From the NCBI GenBank assembly GCA_902788035.1, contig CADAIL010000007.1:46869-110868 (forward strand): a DNA stretch of 64,000 bases. The letters are read 5' to 3'. This document shows, piece after piece, positions 59,305 to 64,000 of the stretch. The notes under the pieces were generated by a model, which saw nothing but the letters and a program-made list of their open reading frames with translations, was not told where the DNA came from and ran no database searches. Numbering within the stretch: position 1 is the first letter of the stretch; every line of letters begins with the position of its first letter. The translations under genes were made by a program, and so were the position numbers. This stretch comes from an uncultured Lachnospiraceae bacterium. GTDB lineage: Bacteria > Bacillota > Clostridia > Lachnospirales > Lachnospiraceae.

Positions 59305-59574
59305 GAGATGTCCTCCTTATGTTCCTTATTGCCAAACTTCCGAAGAGTATCGCCCTGCGGCTACGTCCTTCAAAGCAGTATTACATGGTATGATGGTGAG
59401 ATGCCAATTTCACACGCCCGCTGCCGTTATGATGAACGATCATCAGGGAGGATCCGGACGGATCGCCTGCTTTGTCCTCATAGTTTTATTTCTCTTTTAT
59501 TATACTATCTAATTCATGCAGATGCCACGTTTGACGCCAATGGTCTCAATGTTGTCGCAAAATTCCGGTGAGCC

Positions 59575-59603
59575 AAAAAAGAGACCGCCGAAGCGGTCTC
59601 TCA
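59575..59603 (-). terminator. Terminator after the sugar permease genes
   Basis: Minus strand GAGAGACCGC-TTCG-GCGGTCTCT-TTTTT. Confidence 0.75.
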
Positions 59604-59623
59604 AAACATTATGCAAACACACA

Positions 59624-60487
59624 TCAGCCCTTAACGGCACCGGATGTGACACCTTCAACGATGTAGCGCTGCAGGAAGACATAGAGGATCAGGATCGGCA
59701 GCATAGCGAGAAGCAGGGCTGCCATGACCAGACCGATATCCGTGGAATAGGTTCCGTAGAATGCCTGGGTCGCGATCGGGATCGTGTAGAGCTCCTTCTT
59801 GGTGAGCACAAGGCTGGGAAGGAGGTAATCGTTCCAGAACGCCATAGCGTCGATAATCGCTACAGTTGCGATTGTGGGCTTAAGAAGCGGAAATACGATC
59901 TGCCAGTATGTCTGCCAGCGCGTACAGCCGTCGATCAGAGCGGCTTCCTCGAGTTCCAGAGGAATATTCGTGTGAATAGATCCGTGGAACATGAATGTCG
60001 CCATCGACACCGAGAAACCGACGTGCATCAGGATCAGTGTGAGTCTGTGGTTCAGGACGCCGAATGTTCCGCCGTATACGGATACAAGGGGAACCATAAG
60101 AACCTGGAAAGGAATGACCATGGAAGCGACCATGGCTGAGAACAGCAGCGCGCATGCCGGCCATTTCTGATTTCTGACAATGACAAATGAAGCCATGGAG
60201 GAAACGAGAATCGTCAGGATCGTTGACGTAATCGTTATGATGGCTGAGTTGCCGAAAACACGCCAGAAATTCATTTTCTTCATTGCTTCCGGGAAGTTCT
60301 TCATCGTGAAGCCGTGCTTGCCGATCAGGGCGAGCGGATTGGAAGTGATATCCGCCTTGGTCTTAAAAACGTTGATAACGACAAGAATAAACGGCGCAAC
60401 GAAGCAGAGGAACAGAAGGAGCAGCACGACCCACATGACTGCATGCATTATCTTCTTTTTTCTTGCGGCTTTTTCATTATCAGTCAT
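59624..60487 (-). CDS. Carbohydrate ABC transporter permease (MalG-like)
   Basis: MVIPFQVLMVPL, ELEEAALIDG (EAA motif), WNDYLLP. Confidence 0.93.
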   Translation of the reverse strand: MTDNEKAARKKKIMHAVMWVVLLLLFLCFVAPFILVVINVFKTKADITSNPLALIGKHGFTMKNFPEAMKKMNFWRVFGNSAIITITSTILTILVSSMASFVIVRNQKWPACALLFSAMVASMVIPFQVLMVPLVSVYGGTFGVLNHRLTLILMHVGFSVSMATFMFHGSIHTNIPLELEEAALIDGCTRWQTYWQIVFPLLKPTIATVAIIDAMAFWNDYLLPSLVLTKKELYTIPIATQAFYGTYSTDIGLVMAALLLAMLPILILYVFLQRYIVEGVTSGAVKG

Positions 60488-61365
60488 TATGCGGCCACCT
60501 CCCCTTTCTTACCGATGTAGACCTGCGTGATACCGACAACGGCGCAGATCACGAACAGGATCAGAGCCTCGGCCTGACCGAGACCATAATTCTTGTACGT
60601 GAAAGCCTGCCTGTAGACGTGCATAGCGGCCATGACGGATGATCCGTACGGTTCGCCGTTGGTCAAGGACAGGTTAACATCGTACACGACGAAGCATCTT
60701 GTGATGGACAGGAATATACACTGTACAAAAGACGCGCGCATAAGCGGAATCGTGACATTCCACATGGCCTGTGCCGGTGTACATCCGTCGATCAGAGCTG
60801 CTTCCTTGAGCGCGTCTGAGACACTCATGAAACCGGCGACATAGATAAGCATCATGTAGCCTGCGTACTGCCAGACGGCAACCAGGATGAGGCAGAACAT
60901 AGCGCCTCCCGATGTTGCAAGCAGGGATGAAGCGTTGCCGCGTGAGATTGCGCTCGCAACCGCAACAAAGGCACGGTTAAAAACGAATTTCCAGACATAA
61001 CCGAGGACGATACCGCCGATCAGGTTCGGGATGAAGAAACCTGCGCGGAAGAAGTTCTGTCCCTTGACACCGCTGGTGACAAGATATGCCAGGAAGAACG
61101 CAATAATATTGATCAATATGACCGCGAAAATAGAATAGATGGCTGTGCGTCCGAGCGCATGCCAGTAGTCTGTGTCAGCAAATGCCGCAGCGTAGTTGGC
61201 ACCACCCACTAACGGCTTTGTCTTTGAGATGCCGTCCCAGCTCGTGAATGTCAGGTAAATACCATATACAAATGGTATGATGACGACCGCGCAGAAAAGG
61301 ACAGCCGCAGGTCCCGCGAACATCAGGAACTGCTTCACCTTATAGGAGAGCGTATTTTTATTCAT
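60487..61365 (-). CDS. Carbohydrate ABC transporter permease (MalF-like)
   Basis: Start refined to MNKNTL; FTSWDG, FFIPNLI, EAALIDG. Confidence 0.93.
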   Translation of the reverse strand: MNKNTLSYKVKQFLMFAGPAAVLFCAVVIIPFVYGIYLTFTSWDGISKTKPLVGGANYAAAFADTDYWHALGRTAIYSIFAVILINIIAFFLAYLVTSGVKGQNFFRAGFFIPNLIGGIVLGYVWKFVFNRAFVAVASAISRGNASSLLATSGGAMFCLILVAVWQYAGYMMLIYVAGFMSVSDALKEAALIDGCTPAQAMWNVTIPLMRASFVQCIFLSITRCFVVYDVNLSLTNGEPYGSSVMAAMHVYRQAFTYKNYGLGQAEALILFVICAVVGITQVYIGKKGEVAA

Positions 61366-61604
61366 TGAATCCTCCTCTAAGTAGCACACAGGAATCGCCG
61401 GAGATCCGGGATCCCTGCATGTTTTTGTAACTCTGACATTCGTCAATTTGCTATTTGTACATAATTTTACACTGTCATTTTTACAATTTTCACAAAATGT
61501 AAGGCGTCCGTTTTTTTCGTTGCATTTGACTATTATTTGTCATTTTTGTATAATTTTAAGTAGCTAACAGGCATCTTGCATCTTAGGCAACAGGAGGAAG
61601 CTAC

Positions 61605-62666
61605 ATGTCAGGGCGCGTGACTATGCAGGATATTGCCGATTCACTGGGACTATCCAGAAACACTGTCTCAAAGGCATTTAATAATACCGGTGTGATTGCT
61701 GAATCTACAAAGGATCTCATTCTCCGCAAGGCAGCAGAGATGGGCTATAAAAATTCGAGCGGCAGCGCTATGCCGAATGCGTTCCCGATCGCATCCGACA
61801 AGAAAGAGATTGCCATGCTGACCTGCTATATACCGGGTGGATCGCACTTTGCGGTGACTACGATTGATCGAATACAGCAGAACCTTTCATCATGTGGGTA
61901 CAGCCTGACATTTTATCGTGTGACACATAGTGAACTCACGGAGCTTCGTCTGCCCGGGAGCTTCAGCACTGATAAAGTTGCGGCCATCTTCTGCATGGAA
62001 CTTTTCAGCTACGAATATTGCGAAATGCTGTGTTCCCTCCCCATCCCTATTCTCTTTATCGATACCCCCGTAAAACCGGGTCGGCCGCCCCTCATGGCGG
62101 ACACACTTTTCATGGAAAACCAGGCAGGAATCTATTCGTTTGTCTCACAGATTGCGGAAAAGGGTAAAAAATCCGTCGGTTTTGTGGGTGATATGCTGCA
62201 TTGCCGCTCTTTTTTCGAGCGGGCAGGCGCCTGCATCACCGCTGCCGCGGTTTTCGGACTGGAGCCTGCCGAGAAGTACTCAATTCCCGCTTTTCCACCC
62301 TCCAAAATGCAGCTGCAGCCGGCCAACTACATCACTTATGCTGACATGCTCTACAGTGCACTGCAGAACTTATCAAAGCTTCCCGACGCATTTATCTGCG
62401 CAAATGACTTTATCGCTATAAACCTCATCAGTTCCCTGAGGCGCATGGACATACGCTGTCCGGATGATGTCCTGGTCATGGGGTTTGATGATTCACCGGA
62501 ATCACGCTATCACGCGCCGGCTGTAACTACTGTACATATTCATACACAGGTCATGGGCGATATAGCTTCCGAGCTCATACTGAACCGTATAGCTGATCAG
62601 ACCCGCGAACCCAGAACAGTCTACGTGCCGACGGAGCTCATCTTACGGGAGTCGACGAAGATATAG
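61605..62666 (+). CDS. LacI family transcriptional regulator
   Basis: VTMQDIADSLGLSRNTVSKAFN, PDAFICAND, DVLVMGFDD, LILREST. Confidence 0.95.
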   Translation: MSGRVTMQDIADSLGLSRNTVSKAFNNTGVIAESTKDLILRKAAEMGYKNSSGSAMPNAFPIASDKKEIAMLTCYIPGGSHFAVTTIDRIQQNLSSCGYSLTFYRVTHSELTELRLPGSFSTDKVAAIFCMELFSYEYCEMLCSLPIPILFIDTPVKPGRPPLMADTLFMENQAGIYSFVSQIAEKGKKSVGFVGDMLHCRSFFERAGACITAAAVFGLEPAEKYSIPAFPPSKMQLQPANYITYADMLYSALQNLSKLPDAFICANDFIAINLISSLRRMDIRCPDDVLVMGFDDSPESRYHAPAVTTVHIHTQVMGDIASELILNRIADQTREPRTVYVPTELILRESTKI

Positions 62667-62691
62667 AGGCATTCATCACCTGAGGTACTTT

Positions 62692-64000
62692 ATGGAAAAA
62701 GAGATTCATCTTATAAAAAAGAAGCGAAAGGGACTGCTTTCTCTGATATTCAGCCGCACCGGGGTCATAATAATTCTCTTTGCTCTCGCGGTACTGACCG
62801 CACTCTCCGTTATGAACTGGTTCGCAGGTCTCATCGCTCATATCAGTGCCGGCATCATCCTGTTCAATATCATCGTCATAATCTATCTTGTGAATACGGA
62901 GATGGATTCTTCCGCAAAGGCCACGTGGATACTGGTCATTGCGGTCACGTCCGTATTCGGAACACTGTTTTACCTCTATACGAGATCCTCTCTCGGAAGT
63001 ATCGCAATAAGAGAAGGACATAAAAAACTGCTGCAGGAACACAAAAACGACCTCATCCAGGATGCTGATGTGATAAATGACCTTGAGGCCGACAGTCCCG
63101 AGACGAGGGATCTGGTCACCTACCTGAACCGGTCAGGGACCTACCCCGTGACAGAACACAACGTTGTCACCTACTACCCTCTCGGTGAAGACAAGTGGAA
63201 AGACATGCTGATCGAGCTCGAGAAGGCAAAGCATTTCATTTTCATGGAATACTTCATTATCGATGAGGGGAAAATGTGGGGGACGATCCTGGCTATCTTA
63301 AAGCGCAAGGCCGCCGAGGGAGTAGAGGTCCGCGTCATGTACGACGGCATGTGCGCATTTTCTACGCTGCCTTACAATTACCCTGAAATGCTCGAGGATA
63401 TAGGCATCAAGTCCAAGATGTTCTCTCCTCTCACACCCTTCGTCTCGACACATTACAATTACCGTGACCACAGAAAGATTCTGGTCATTGACGGCAAGGT
63501 CGGCTTCAACGGCGGCGTAAATATAGCGGATGAATATGTCAATGAGATCGTTCGCTTCGGTCACTGGAAAGACACAGCGATCCGCATCAAAGGGCCGGCA
63601 GTCAAAAATCTGACTCTCATGTTCCTCAACATGTGGGAAATCCTCGCCCCGGACGCCGATTATTCCAGGTATTTAGATGTGCCGACGGAACCCTGCACTT
63701 CAGCCAAAGGCTACGTCATTCCCTACGCGGACAACCCGTTCGATGACGACAAGGTGGGCGAAAAAGTTTACATGAGCATTCTGAACAGGGCAAATAATTA
63801 TGTCCACATCATGTCGCCCTACCTGATCCTCGACGACGAGCTCCTCATGGCCCTGAAATACGCAGCGGAGCGAGGCATCGACGTCAAGCTGATCCTGCCG
63901 GGGATCCCCGACAAAAAAATGGTGTACAATCTGGCAAAGAGGTATTTCAGGACCCTGCTCTCATCAGGCGTAAAGATCTATCTCTATACTCCGGGCTTCG
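62692..64000 (+). CDS. cls: Cardiolipin synthase, 3'-truncated by the window edge
   Basis: Not in the ORF track. Manual translation from ATG 62692 (MEKEIHLIKKKRKGLL, RBS GAGGT): TM segments, FIFMEYFII, RDHRKILVIDG (HKD), GGVNIADEY, WKDT. Confidence 0.92.
   Translation, partial: MEKEIHLIKKKRKGLLSLIFSRTGVIIILFALAVLTALSVMNWFAGLIAHISAGIILFNIIVIIYLVNTEMDSSAKATWILVIAVTSVFGTLFYLYTRSSLGSIAIREGHKKLLQEHKNDLIQDADVINDLEADSPETRDLVTYLNRSGTYPVTEHNVVTYYPLGEDKWKDMLIELEKAKHFIFMEYFIIDEGKMWGTILAILKRKAAEGVEVRVMYDGMCAFSTLPYNYPEMLEDIGIKSKMFSPLTPFVSTHYNYRDHRKILVIDGKVGFNGGVNIADEYVNEIVRFGHWKDTAIRIKGPAVKNLTLMFLNMWEILAPDADYSRYLDVPTEPCTSAKGYVIPYADNPFDDDKVGEKVYMSILNRANNYVHIMSPYLILDDELLMALKYAAERGIDVKLILPGIPDKKMVYNLAKRYFRTLLSSGVKIYLYTPGF

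Noticed and set aside
1-64000. CRISPR array, integrase, transposase or reverse transcriptase
   Set aside because: No regularly spaced direct repeats and no ORF with such motifs were seen; the repeats found are dispersed palindromes.

Overview
64-kb chromosomal window from a Clostridia genome, most likely Lachnospiraceae (judged from gene order such as tsaE-tsaB-rimI-rnz-tsaD-ispD and the style of the SLH proteins). Most of it is minus-strand housekeeping DNA: t6A/tRNA modification genes, uvrC, hprK/glucokinase, PBP1A, ftsH, metY, ispF-cysE-mrnC-rlmB-sigH, a Gld-like ABC system, paaK, nucleoside salvage, cobTSC, nth, a sugar ABC/rhamnosidase/LacI locus and a partial cls. I found no integrase, transposase or CRISPR array. 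The unexplained signal falls in two places. (1) The first 8.7 kb holds a duplicated NUDIX/GDPD-lectin-SLH block. It contains an orphan 147-bp NUDIX fragment differing from the intact gene only at synonymous sites, an XRE regulator, and a chimeric tRNA (Asn 5' part, foreign 3' end). (2) Intergenic DNA carries at least two dispersed repeat families with compensatory base changes, the main one a ~200-nt rod-like hairpin in 4 full copies plus 1 half copy. There are also several candidate sRNAs/leaders, a stand-alone NUMOD1 gene in a hairpin-dense region, and several enzymes with altered catalytic motifs. All alignments and folds were done by eye; no searches or folding programs were run.
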